A stretch of 64,000 nt of DNA from Methanobrevibacter sp. (GCF_030539555.1 NZ_JAUNXX010000005.1:283-64282), one strand, 5' to 3'; positions 37,997-46,634 are shown, numbered from the stretch's first letter. Notes: generated by a model not told the origin, from the sequence alone. Numbers and translations are program-made.

Positions 37997-38917
37997 ATGA
38001 ATCTAAGTAAGAAAATATATCAACCATCAGACATCTCCTTCAAGTATGCTTTTGCCGTTCTGAACAAACATCTACACAAATACTTAAAACTGAAAGACGA
38101 ATATGTGGCATCATATCCAACAGAAGTCATCACAAGAGACATGAGAAACTTAAGGATGGATACACTATACAAAACAAAAAATACTCTAAACAATATCGAA
38201 TCCCAATCAACAAAAGTCGGCATCAAAGAAATGAAAAGATTTGCAGATTATAGGATATTTGCGGAATATATCTATAATCTACCGGTCGAAACAATAATCC
38301 TAATGACAGTTGATCCAAAAAACTCACTGAAAGAATATAAAATAAGTGATACAGACATAATGAGACCCATTTATATATATTTTTCAAAAGATGAAGTGAT
38401 AAAAAAATTTAATAATCTTAGCGACAAAATTGAAAACAATGACCGATTAACTGAGGAAGAAACATTGGATATTGCATTTCTACCATTGTTTGCCGCAAAA
38501 GAAAATTCGCAGGAAATCACTGAAAAAATGTGTGAATTAATAACTAAATACAAACACATTGACTATGAACTAAAAAGAGAAATAATATTCATTCTTCAAA
38601 TAATGATTTTTAATCATTTTGAAGATTCTAAAAAAAGAAAAGAGTTATTAGGGGAAATTAACATGAAACAATACGATTCTGATTTAGAAATGATTGCATA
38701 CGAAATATACGGTGAAGACATGGAAGAACAAAAAGAAATAATAAAACTAATGTTAGAAATATATAAAAATAATAAAACAACAAAAATAGAAATAAAACAA
38801 CAAGAAAAACTAATAAACGATTCCATGAAACTATTTAAAGAAATCAAAGAAAAAAACAACCTAGATAAAGAAACATCAACTAAAATCAATGAAATATTAT
38901 CCAATAGCCAACAATAA
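37997..38917 (+). CDS. Rpn-family / PD-(D/E)XK recombination-promoting nuclease-like protein (putative transposase family), 306 aa.
   Basis: N-terminal SDISFKYAF, nuclease-core-like RMDTLYKTKNTLNNIESQS...KRFADY, and a K/E-rich C-terminal tail. SD AGAGGG lies 6 nt upstream. An internal in-frame ATG is present at 38663. Confidence 0.65.
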   Translation: MNLSKKIYQPSDISFKYAFAVLNKHLHKYLKLKDEYVASYPTEVITRDMRNLRMDTLYKTKNTLNNIESQSTKVGIKEMKRFADYRIFAEYIYNLPVETIILMTVDPKNSLKEYKISDTDIMRPIYIYFSKDEVIKKFNNLSDKIENNDRLTEEETLDIAFLPLFAAKENSQEITEKMCELITKYKHIDYELKREIIFILQIMIFNHFEDSKKRKELLGEINMKQYDSDLEMIAYEIYGEDMEEQKEIIKLMLEIYKNNKTTKIEIKQQEKLINDSMKLFKEIKEKNNLDKETSTKINEILSNSQQ

Positions 38918-38989
38918 CTCCCATTAACACATTTATAGAAATGCGCAATTATTTAAGCTAAAAGCAAAGAATCATAAAAGGAAATTAAC

Positions 38990-39235
38990 ATGAAACAATA
39001 TGACGTCGATTTAAAATGGATAGCATATGAAATATATGGCGAAGAATGGGAAGCCCAAAAAGAAATAATAAAACAACAACAAGAAGAAATAGAAAAACAA
39101 CAAAAACTACTAAGTATAATAACACTACTAAACGATTCAATGAAACTATTTAAAGAAATCAAAGAAAAAAACAACTTGGACAAAGAAACCTCAGACAAAA
39201 TCGATGAGATAATATCCAACTTCATGCAACTTTAA
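38990..39235 (+). CDS. Free-standing 81-aa copy of the C-terminal tail of the preceding Rpn-like protein.
   Basis: MKQYDVDLKWIAYEIYGEEWEAQKEIIK...LNDSMKLFKEIKEKNNLDKETSDKIDEIISN aligns with residues 223-306 of the 306-aa protein (MKQYDSDLEMIAYEIYGEDMEEQKEIIK...INDSMKLFKEIKEKNNLDKETSTKINEILSN). The upstream GGAAATTAAC is conserved before both ATGs. An in-frame TAA lies 5 codons upstream. Confidence 0.55.
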   Translation: MKQYDVDLKWIAYEIYGEEWEAQKEIIKQQQEEIEKQQKLLSIITLLNDSMKLFKEIKEKNNLDKETSDKIDEIISNFMQL

Positions 39236-39863
39236 CCTTCTTACCTGTCAGCTTATTGTACAATTCGGCGATTTGTCTAAGTGTAAAACCAACCATAAAT
39301 GCAGATATTATTGTTCCGATATTAACGGCACCGAATACATTTGTATACCAGAATCCGCACATTACCAATGATATAATCACCATTGTTGCGTCGAAGGCTA
39401 TCTTGATTGTTGAAAATCTCCAATTTGTCACAATCGCTATTGATTCGACACATCCCTCTCCGGGAAGAGGTGCAATATCTGCCGGCATGTATATGAATAT
39501 TCCCAAAGCTGTTAAAAATATGCTCATCAGCATAAACAATATGTAAAATGGAATGGTATTTTCAAAAGGGATAAATGAAACCAGATATAGTGCAAGATCT
39601 GTGAAATAGCCGAATAAGACGCAGTTTATGAACTGCAATAATCTTTTTTTCTTGAATCTTAAGCGTAGAATTATCATTTGAATGAAAATTAAAGACGCAT
39701 TAAATATGAATGTGGTTATTCCAATGTTGATATTGGTTATTAAAGCTAAAGAATAGGAAATAGAGCTTATTGGAGTTGTTCCAAGTGTTGATATGATTGA
39801 AAATGCCACGCCCAGTGACATTATGAACAATCCAAAAGTGAATGAACAAATCCTTTTAAGCAT
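39222..39863 (-). CDS. YczE/DUF6198-like (COG2364-type) integral membrane protein.
   Basis: FGLFIMSLGVAFSIISTLGTTPISSISYSLA... with 5-6 TM helices. It is a tandem paralogue of the next gene. Confidence 0.55.
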   Translation of the reverse strand: MLKRICSFTFGLFIMSLGVAFSIISTLGTTPISSISYSLALITNINIGITTFIFNASLIFIQMIILRLRFKKKRLLQFINCVLFGYFTDLALYLVSFIPFENTIPFYILFMLMSIFLTALGIFIYMPADIAPLPGEGCVESIAIVTNWRFSTIKIAFDATMVIISLVMCGFWYTNVFGAVNIGTIISAFMVGFTLRQIAELYNKLTGKKVKVA

Positions 39864-39879
39864 ATATATTAATTATATA

Positions 39880-40548
39880 TTACATCTTTTTTAAATTAAC
39901 ATTATTTCCGGTTATGCGATTATTGATTCTGTGAATATATTTAACTGTTGTTCCGATGAATAATGCTCCAAGAATTGTTCCAATACCCACACTTCCGAAT
40001 TCGCCTAAAAAGCCATAACTCAATACCAAAGCTGTTGAAACGATAGTGATGTCCAAATAGACTTTAATCGTGGAGAACGGTTTATTGGATACAATGGCTA
40101 TTGCCTGTGTAACCCCTTCAACTGAAAGAGGAATTATATTGGTAGGAACATAGAAAAATAACCCCAAAGCAATGAAAAATATTGAAATTACGCTCATCAA
40201 AAGAGTCCATAACAGATTATATGCCGGAGGTATGAAATACATCAGAGAAACTGAAAAGCTTGTAAAGGCACCGAACAATACACCGACAAACACCTGCAGG
40301 AAATGCTTTTTCCTGAAATCCCCTCTAAGCAGCATCAGTTCAATAGCAACAAGAATTGCATGAAAAATGAATGTTGCAACTCCTATTTCAATATTCCATA
40401 TCAGATTCATTGCATATGGAATAGAACTCACGGGAGCAGACCCTAATCCTGACTTTATTGAAAATGCAACCCCCAATGTTATCAGATACAGGCCAAAAAT
40501 ATAATTGAATACTCTTTTGAAGGTTATTTCTTCTCCGCTAAATTGCAT
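39880..40548 (-). CDS. YczE/DUF6198-like integral membrane protein (paralogue).
   Basis: FGLYLITLGVAFSIKSGLGSAPVSSIPYAMN... The track ORF starts at 40629. I prefer Met28 (ATG at 40548) by alignment with the paralogue, but the start is uncertain (40572 is also possible). Confidence 0.5.
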   Translation of the reverse strand: MQFSGEEITFKRVFNYIFGLYLITLGVAFSIKSGLGSAPVSSIPYAMNLIWNIEIGVATFIFHAILVAIELMLLRGDFRKKHFLQVFVGVLFGAFTSFSVSLMYFIPPAYNLLWTLLMSVISIFFIALGLFFYVPTNIIPLSVEGVTQAIAIVSNKPFSTIKVYLDITIVSTALVLSYGFLGEFGSVGIGTILGALFIGTTVKYIHRINNRITGNNVNLKKM

Positions 40549-40747
40549 ATTAAGATATTTATTACAACCCATATTTAAACAATATGTAAAAACAATCAGT
40601 AAATTTGAACAATGTACTAAAAAGTACATAACAGATTCTCCATAAACTGAATAAAATCACATATTAAAAATATTTAATAAGTATGAAAAGCAAAGATAAA
40701 CATAGCTTGGAACTAAGCTAATTTTCTAGAAAATTGGAGGAAATTTG

Positions 40748-41890
40748 ATGAATGATATTTTATTAATGCTTCCAGGACCAACAACAGTGCATCCTAGAGT
40801 ACTCAATGCAATGTCAAAAGCTGTTGTGAACCACAGAAGCGCTAAATACGGTGAAATCTTAACTGAAACTACTGAATTAATGAGTAAAGTTTTCCAAACA
40901 CCAAATAATTCTTATTTATTAACTGGATCTGGAACTGCAGCTATGGAAGCAGGTATTGCAAATACCGTTGCTCCTGGAGAAAAGATGTTGAATGTAGTAG
41001 GTGGAAAGTTCGGAGAACGTTTCATGAAAATCGCAAACACTCATGGAATCGAAACCAAAGAATTAGCAGTTGAATGGGGAACTGCTGTAACTCCTGAAGC
41101 TATCGCTGAAGCATTAGACGAAGATGAAGATATAAAAGCTGTTAGTGTAATCCACAATGAAACTTCAACCGGTGTTGCTGCACCTATTGAAGAAATTGGT
41201 AAAGTAATGAAAAATTATGATGCATTATACATCGTAGACACCGTATCTTCTCTCGGAGGAGATTACGTGGATGTTGAAAAATTCGGAATTGATGTTTGTC
41301 TAACCGGATCACAAAAATGTTTAGCTGCACCACCTGGAATGGCAGCCATTACTTTAAGTGACGATGCATGGGCAGCTGTTGACAAAGTGGAAACCAATAC
41401 TTTCTATTTGGATATGAAAGCAGTTAGAAAAAGTGGAGACAAAGTGCCTCCTGAAACTCCATACACCCCATCCGTTTCACTTACCTATGCAATGAATGAA
41501 GCATTGAAGATGGTTATGGAAGAAGGACTTGAAGCTAGAGTTGCACGCCACCACAAAGCAGCTAAAGCTAGTGTGGACGCTGTTAAAGCTTTAGGTTTAG
41601 AATTATTCGCAGACGAAGCTGTTTCATCTGCCACTGTTACAGCAGTCAAAATGCCTGAAGGAATTACCGACGCTGACTTCAGAGGAACCACACGTGACAA
41701 ATACGGCGTGGAATTAGCTGGAGGACAAGATCACTTAAAAGGAAACATTTTCAGAATCGGACACATGGGAAATATTTCCTACAAAGAATTAACCCAAACC
41801 TTTGCTGCTATCGGAATGACCTTAAAAGGTTTAGGTGTAATTGACGATGCTGGCGCTGGTGTAGCATCAATCGCAGAATCATACTTATGA
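40748..41890 (+). CDS. Class-V pyridoxal-phosphate aminotransferase (serine-glyoxylate/aspartate/phosphoserine aminotransferase type).
   Basis: LMLPGPTTVHPRVLNAM, GSGTAAMEA, DTVSSLGG and TGSQKCLAAPPG (PLP lysine). SD GGAGG (40736-40740) lies 7 nt before the ATG at 40748; the track start at 40745 is a TTG. Confidence 0.85.
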   Translation: MNDILLMLPGPTTVHPRVLNAMSKAVVNHRSAKYGEILTETTELMSKVFQTPNNSYLLTGSGTAAMEAGIANTVAPGEKMLNVVGGKFGERFMKIANTHGIETKELAVEWGTAVTPEAIAEALDEDEDIKAVSVIHNETSTGVAAPIEEIGKVMKNYDALYIVDTVSSLGGDYVDVEKFGIDVCLTGSQKCLAAPPGMAAITLSDDAWAAVDKVETNTFYLDMKAVRKSGDKVPPETPYTPSVSLTYAMNEALKMVMEEGLEARVARHHKAAKASVDAVKALGLELFADEAVSSATVTAVKMPEGITDADFRGTTRDKYGVELAGGQDHLKGNIFRIGHMGNISYKELTQTFAAIGMTLKGLGVIDDAGAGVASIAESYL

Positions 41891-41904
41891 TTCTGTCACT
41901 TCTC

Positions 41905-41920
41905 TTTTTTTTGAATTTTT
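41905..41920 (+). terminator. Oligo-T archaeal terminator after the aminotransferase gene.
   Basis: T8 (41905-41912) and T5 (41916-41920), 15 nt after the stop codon. Confidence 0.5.
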
Positions 41921-41957
41921 GAATTGATTATAAGTTATAACTAGCAAAAATATATTG

Positions 41958-42153
41958 CTTATAAGTTATATGTGAAAAGTTACACTTGAAATGCATGTCT
42001 AAATTACATTACTTATAAGTTATATGTGAAAAGTTACAGTTGAAATGCACCTCTCTGATATAACTTATAACTTATGAGAAAAAAGTTACACTTGAAATGC
42101 ACCTCTTGATTTGTGACAAAAATAAATTATAACTAAAAAGTTACACTTGAAAA
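41958..42153 (+). repeat. Four direct mini-ORB-like boxes TTACA(C/G)TTGAAA(T/A); candidate Orc1/Cdc6 binding sites / oriC.
   Basis: 13-mers at 41980-41992, 42034-42046, 42086-42098 and 42141-42153 (spacing 54/52/55). The first two lie inside a 38-nt unit CTTATAAGTTATATGTGAAAAGTTACA(C/G)TTGAAATGCA (41958-41995 and 42012-42049; 37/38 identical). ATAAGTTAT/ATAACTTAT half-sites occur in both orientations. Confidence 0.6.
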
Positions 42154-42378
42154 GTATGTCTTTTTTATTTAAAAAGTAATACTTAGGAATTTTGCCATCA
42201 TCAAAAAAGAACAGAACCGACACAGGAATGATTCAAAAATCTTCAATTGTTTCGATAGCATTGCAGTCGGAACAAATAATGTAACTGCAAGGTTTCCAAT
42301 TCGACACCTCAAAGGGATAGTAAAAATATTTTAAACATTAAAAACAAATATAATATAACAAACATAGGATGTGAAACT

Positions 42379-42795
42379 ATGGCTGAAAATATAAAAACAA
42401 CCGTTGAAGAATTGCGCAAACTTATTAATGTCGAAAATGTAATCGGTAAACCAATTGAAACAGATGATAAAATCCTCATTCCCGTGATAAAAATGGGAGT
42501 AGGGTTTGGATCTGGTGAAAACCTAATGAGTAAAGAAGGAAGCGATATTGCAGGTGCAGGTGCCGGAGTAGAACCAATTTCAATGGTGATGGTTCCTAAA
42601 AAAGGAAATACCTCTGAAGGTGTTCGCGTGCTTGATTTAAGTAAAGGAACCGAAACAAACAAAGCATTATCCGATTTAGGTTTAATTATTTCTGATTTGG
42701 TTAAAAACTATTTAGGATCAAAAGACGATGATTATGATGAAGGAGAATACATAGAACCTGAATTCACAACATCCGATGATGATAGCGAAGAATAG
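42379..42795 (+). CDS. YtfJ/GerW-family (sporulation-protein-type) protein with an acidic C-terminal tail.
   Basis: VIGKPIETDDKILIPVIKMGVGFGSGEN...GAGAGVEPISMVMV matches the YtfJ/GerW pattern (v.G.Pie..g..iIPv.kv..GfG.G...g.G.G....PvavlvV). Confidence 0.7.
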   Translation: MAENIKTTVEELRKLINVENVIGKPIETDDKILIPVIKMGVGFGSGENLMSKEGSDIAGAGAGVEPISMVMVPKKGNTSEGVRVLDLSKGTETNKALSDLGLIISDLVKNYLGSKDDDYDEGEYIEPEFTTSDDDSEE

Positions 42796-42804
42796 GAATC
42801 ATAC

Positions 42805-43398
42805 ATGTTAAACATCCTAGGGATGATTATTCTAATAATCATCTTATTCATTATTATTTTACTATTAATAGGCATTAAAATATCATTTATCTATGATAAA
42901 AAAGGCAGCCAGCTTAAAGGATGTTTAAAAATACTTATTTTTAAAAAAATCAAGGTTTATTCCCATACTTTTCCTTCCAAAGACGATGACGATGAGGAAG
43001 AGGAAGAGGAGGAAAATGATGAAGAGAAAAAACAAAGGGACGTTAAGAAAATATTAAACCTTGCCAAACCATGCTTTGAAGATTTTAAAATATTTGTCAA
43101 ATCATCACTAAATGTGATTAAAGTTAAAAGACTTGACAACCACCTTATTTTTGGAATGGACAGTTATGCAGATACCGGAAAATATATCGGCATAATCTGG
43201 GCAATTTTAGCTACAATAAACCCCCTGCATGAAAAATTGCATTTAAGTGCAGAACCGTCATTTGCAGGAAGTGTGCTTGACATCAATGGAGTCAACGAAG
43301 TTGAGATTCATGTCCTGAAACTCATTGTTCCAACAATCAGACTGGTTTCAAAAAAGGATGTCCGCATATTCATAAGAGGTGTTCTGGATGAAAGATGA
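42805..43398 (+). CDS. DUF2953 (YtfI-like) membrane-anchored protein.
   Basis: N-terminal TM (LGMIILIIILFIIILLLIGI), a poly-D/E tract (DDDDEEEEEEENDEE), and a C-terminal IFGMDSYADTGKYIGIIWAI...EPSF... region. It sits directly after a ytfJ-like gene, as ytfI-ytfJ do in Bacillus. Confidence 0.55.
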   Translation: MLNILGMIILIIILFIIILLLIGIKISFIYDKKGSQLKGCLKILIFKKIKVYSHTFPSKDDDDEEEEEEENDEEKKQRDVKKILNLAKPCFEDFKIFVKSSLNVIKVKRLDNHLIFGMDSYADTGKYIGIIWAILATINPLHEKLHLSAEPSFAGSVLDINGVNEVEIHVLKLIVPTIRLVSKKDVRIFIRGVLDER

Positions 43399-43648
43399 AC
43401 TTGAAAGATTCATCAAAAATCAGTTCAACATAACTGAAAATACAGAATTCAAGTTTCATGAAATGTGCGGATTAATGTTCGTGTTTAAACAAACATTTTT
43501 CAACATCGATGAAAAGATCACATCTGCTGAAATCAAACCTGTCGGAATAATTTATGAAGAAAGTAATGAATATTACTTTGCTCCCCTAGATGAAGTTAGC
43601 CAAATAGATGAAATTGTTAAGGAATTTGTTGAAATTTACCTGAAATAG
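43388..43648 (+). CDS. Hypothetical protein, 86 aa.
   Basis: The ATG at 43388 is preceded by SD AGAGGTG and overlaps the DUF2953 gene by 11 nt (translational coupling). I recognised no motif. Confidence 0.5.
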   Translation: MKDELERFIKNQFNITENTEFKFHEMCGLMFVFKQTFFNIDEKITSAEIKPVGIIYEESNEYYFAPLDEVSQIDEIVKEFVEIYLK

Positions 43649-43785
43649 AAAAATTGCCCTAACTCAGTAAAATTGCATTTAAAAAGAACTGACCAGTATA
43701 AATACCCCAAACACCAATATTAATTATACCTACTGAAAAAAAGTAGTGAACACTGGGCAAAACAGAAAATGTAGGTGGTACAACC

Positions 43786-44640
43786 ATGCACCAAAAATAC
43801 GATAAACTTTCAAAATTATCCTGCAGAATCTTTGCAAACTCCCTACTTCGCTTTATCGGCGAAAAACCGGGAATCAGAAATATATACACTTACGAAATCT
43901 ATACACCCAACCACAGATTGAAAATTTTGGATTTGGTAGTGGAAACCGCAAACGGTTATTGCATCGATTTTGAATTTCACAAGTTGGACACAACTGAAGA
44001 GATAATTCTCAGAAATATTCAGTATGTCGTGAACTTCAGACTTGAAAACGGAAATCTCATCAAACCGTATATCATTTCTATGGCTGATGCTGAAAAATCA
44101 ATTCGAAAAGCAAAAATCCATCCGGACTTGGAAATTGAAATACCCTTCATATTTTTCAAAAATTATGATGGCGATGAAATACTTGAAAAAATTAAAAAGA
44201 AAATAAATAAAAATATATCTATCGAAGAATTTGATTTATTTAATATGATATTTCTGCCATTCATGAAACATGACAAAAGCGATTATGAGATTACAATGAA
44301 CCTGATTGATTTGGCCAACGAAATTGACCTGACAGAAGAACAACAGTATCAACTAAAAGCCTGTCAGATAATACTTGTAGACATTTTCATTCCAGAAAAC
44401 GAAAAAGAAAAACAACTAAAGGTGGTAAATATGGGAAGCACATTTTTAGAGGAATATGAACGAAAATTAGTGGAAGATGCTGAAAAAAAAGGAATAAATA
44501 ATGGAAGAAAAGAAGGAAAAAAAGAAGGAAAAAATGAAGAAAAAGAAGAAATTGCAAAAAAATTGAAAGATGACAATGTCCCTATAGAAAAAATCATACA
44601 ATACACAGGTCTGAGCCTAAACGTTATTAACTCACTTTAA
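43786..44640 (+). CDS. Rpn-family / PD-(D/E)XK nuclease-like protein (putative transposase family), 284 aa.
   Basis: YDKLSK..., ILDLVVETANGYCIDFEFH (D...E.H core), and the family-typical C-terminus KKGINNGRKEGKKEG...IAKKLKDDNVPIEKIIQYTGLSLNVINSL. SD AGGTGGT lies upstream. Confidence 0.7.
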   Translation: MHQKYDKLSKLSCRIFANSLLRFIGEKPGIRNIYTYEIYTPNHRLKILDLVVETANGYCIDFEFHKLDTTEEIILRNIQYVVNFRLENGNLIKPYIISMADAEKSIRKAKIHPDLEIEIPFIFFKNYDGDEILEKIKKKINKNISIEEFDLFNMIFLPFMKHDKSDYEITMNLIDLANEIDLTEEQQYQLKACQIILVDIFIPENEKEKQLKVVNMGSTFLEEYERKLVEDAEKKGINNGRKEGKKEGKNEEKEEIAKKLKDDNVPIEKIIQYTGLSLNVINSL

Positions 44641-44643
44641 AAA

Positions 44644-46176
44644 TTATTCCGGAAGAGGAATATTTTCACTTTCAACAATGACTTCAACAACAAGAGGGCC
44701 AGTGAGATTTTTTTCAAGCAGGAGTTTCAAGTCATCAAGATTATCAGCGCGCACTGCATCGATTCCGTAAGAAGATGCCAGCTTTACAAAATCAGGATTG
44801 TTTAATTTCACCTGATAAGGTTCCATATCATAAAATTCTTCCTGCCATTGGCGAATGATTCCGAATTCAGAATTGTTCAGGATAAATACAACAACATCCA
44901 AATTGTTTTCCTTGAGTGTGGCCAGTTCCTGAAGATTCATCTGAAAATCCCCATCCCCGTTAATGAGAATAATCTTCTCACCGCTGGCAATAGCTGCACC
45001 TATTGCTGCCGGAAGACCATAACCCATTGGTGCCATACCTCCTGAAAACAGCAGCTGTCCGGGAGAAGTTGATTTTTTAAGAAGTGTTGTCCAGGTCGTA
45101 TGGGACCCTGCATCTGAAACTATAATGTTGTCATTGAATCTATTTAAGATTTGACTGATTGCTGCCTGTGGCTTTAGGTCATCATCAATGCCTTCAATTT
45201 CAATAGCATCATCGATTTCAAGAATTTCATCAAGCCAGTCAACTTCACTGAATTTGATTTCTGCTAAAAAGTCTTCCACTTTTCCATGAATCGGAAAGTC
45301 CCCGATCAATATGTCCTTATTGATGTTTACGTGGATCAGATTATCTGGAATTACCGGCAGTGTGCGTTCACTCGCCTTAATGCCCAATGCGATAATGCAA
45401 TCAGCATTTTCAAATGCATATCTTGCCTGAGGATTTCCTCGTATTCCAACAATGCCCAGATTCAAATCATCATGGTCGGATATGATGCCCTTTCCATGAA
45501 ATGTTGTAGTGACCGGTATTTTATACTTATCTGCAATTTGTTTAATGGCATTCCCCTGTGTTCTTGCACCTGCGCCCAAAATGAATAATGGCTTTTTGGA
45601 TTTGTCTATGAGATCCTGTGCCTTTGAAATGTTAGACAGGTCATCTTCACACAGATAGCACAAGTCGAAATCCTGAAAATCTTCACTTGACAGGACATCC
45701 TTTGACAAATTGATGTGAATAGGTCCTTTGGGATTGTTTTTAAGCGCAAATATGGCTGCCCTTAGGCAGTACACAGCTTCTGTTCCGTTCAATGGGTTGT
45801 ATGAATCCTGAGAGATGTGGCTTAAAATATCTGCCTGAGGAGTTGACTGAAAATGATCTGTGCCCCTGTATTTTAATTCATTGTCACCTGTTAAAACCAA
45901 AATCGGAACGCTGTCCTTGTATGCAGTGGCCAGTGCCATTGTAAAGTTCAGTGCTCCTGGAGATGCTGTTGCAACGCAAACCCCTATTTTTGATGTTGAC
46001 CTGTAGTATCCGTCTGCCGCATGAGCCGCAGCCTGTTCGTGTCTTGTCAGGACATGGTTAATGTCTGATGCTGAAAGCGCCTCATAAAACGGCATTATCT
46101 GCTCGCCGGGAATTCCGAAGATGTCGGTAATGCCTTCCTCGGCCAGTATTTCAACAAGTTTTTGGGCCACGTTCAC
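44644..46176 (-). CDS. Thiamine-diphosphate-dependent enzyme, acetolactate synthase large-subunit family (short, 510 aa).
   Basis: GIPGEQIMPFYEAL, RHEQAAAHAADGYYR, TASPGALNF and the TPP motif GDGDFQMN...LNN. Confidence 0.75.
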   Translation of the reverse strand: MNVAQKLVEILAEEGITDIFGIPGEQIMPFYEALSASDINHVLTRHEQAAAHAADGYYRSTSKIGVCVATASPGALNFTMALATAYKDSVPILVLTGDNELKYRGTDHFQSTPQADILSHISQDSYNPLNGTEAVYCLRAAIFALKNNPKGPIHINLSKDVLSSEDFQDFDLCYLCEDDLSNISKAQDLIDKSKKPLFILGAGARTQGNAIKQIADKYKIPVTTTFHGKGIISDHDDLNLGIVGIRGNPQARYAFENADCIIALGIKASERTLPVIPDNLIHVNINKDILIGDFPIHGKVEDFLAEIKFSEVDWLDEILEIDDAIEIEGIDDDLKPQAAISQILNRFNDNIIVSDAGSHTTWTTLLKKSTSPGQLLFSGGMAPMGYGLPAAIGAAIASGEKIILINGDGDFQMNLQELATLKENNLDVVVFILNNSEFGIIRQWQEEFYDMEPYQVKLNNPDFVKLASSYGIDAVRADNLDDLKLLLEKNLTGPLVVEVIVESENIPLPE

Positions 46177-46634
46177 TCTTCTTCCTCCTGATAGGAGCCG
46201 TCATATTCGCCTGACCCTTCAACCGGAAACACCACTGCCTGAGCTATTCTGTCTCCTGACTTTATTTTGTAGTCATGGTTTCCGTGGTTATAAATCATGA
46301 ACATCAATGTTCCGTAAAAGCCCGGATCGCCCACTGCAGTTTGGACTGATACAAATGACCTTAAGAGAGTTGATCGGGGCAGATACAGCATGGCATATCC
46401 TTTAGGAATTTTAATTTTCCTTTTAATGCTTGCAAGATATGCTGTATGCGGTTTTAAGGTGTAAATATCCCCATCCATTTCCTTAATTTCTGGCAAGTTC
46501 TTTTCATTGTCAATAAGTGACCCTGCACTTTCCTGTGTGTAAATCTTATCCAGTTCCAAATCTATTCCTGAAGGCTGAACCAAATCGGCAAAATCAGGGA
46601 ACAGTTTTATAAGTTCTTTTTCACCAAGCATCAT
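46173..46634 (-). CDS. dCTP deaminase/dUTPase-family protein; its size fits an archaeal dUTPase.
   Basis: SGIDLEL, LPRSTLLRSF, VGDPGFYGTLMFMIYN and GDRIAQAVVF. Length 153 aa. A 4-nt overlap (ATGA type) with the downstream TPP enzyme gene. Confidence 0.7.
   Translation of the reverse strand: MMLGEKELIKLFPDFADLVQPSGIDLELDKIYTQESAGSLIDNEKNLPEIKEMDGDIYTLKPHTAYLASIKRKIKIPKGYAMLYLPRSTLLRSFVSVQTAVGDPGFYGTLMFMIYNHGNHDYKIKSGDRIAQAVVFPVEGSGEYDGSYQEEEE

Noticed and set aside
38614-39225. Minus-strand ORFs at 38614-38904 and 38953-39225 (S/F/I/L-rich).
   Set aside because: They are antisense to the K/E-rich tails of the Rpn-like gene and its tail copy, and are low-complexity mirror images.
41958-42153. 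Possibility that the 38-nt repeats form a mini CRISPR array.
   Set aside because: There are only two full units (four cores). The 'spacers' of about 16 nt are too short and partly related to each other. No cas genes are present, and the repeat core matches ORB-type boxes instead.
42181-42378. Slightly GC-richer stretch between the ORB-like boxes and the ytfJ-like gene; tiny ORFs such as a GTG-start 24-aa Cys-containing peptide on the minus strand, or an ncRNA.
   Set aside because: The ORFs are too short, have ambiguous starts and no convincing SD. I saw no stable stem-loop or known RNA motif by eye.
42309-42662. The 117-aa minus-strand ORF.
   Set aside because: It is antisense to the well-supported YtfJ-like gene, has a low-complexity S/P/I-rich product and no SD.
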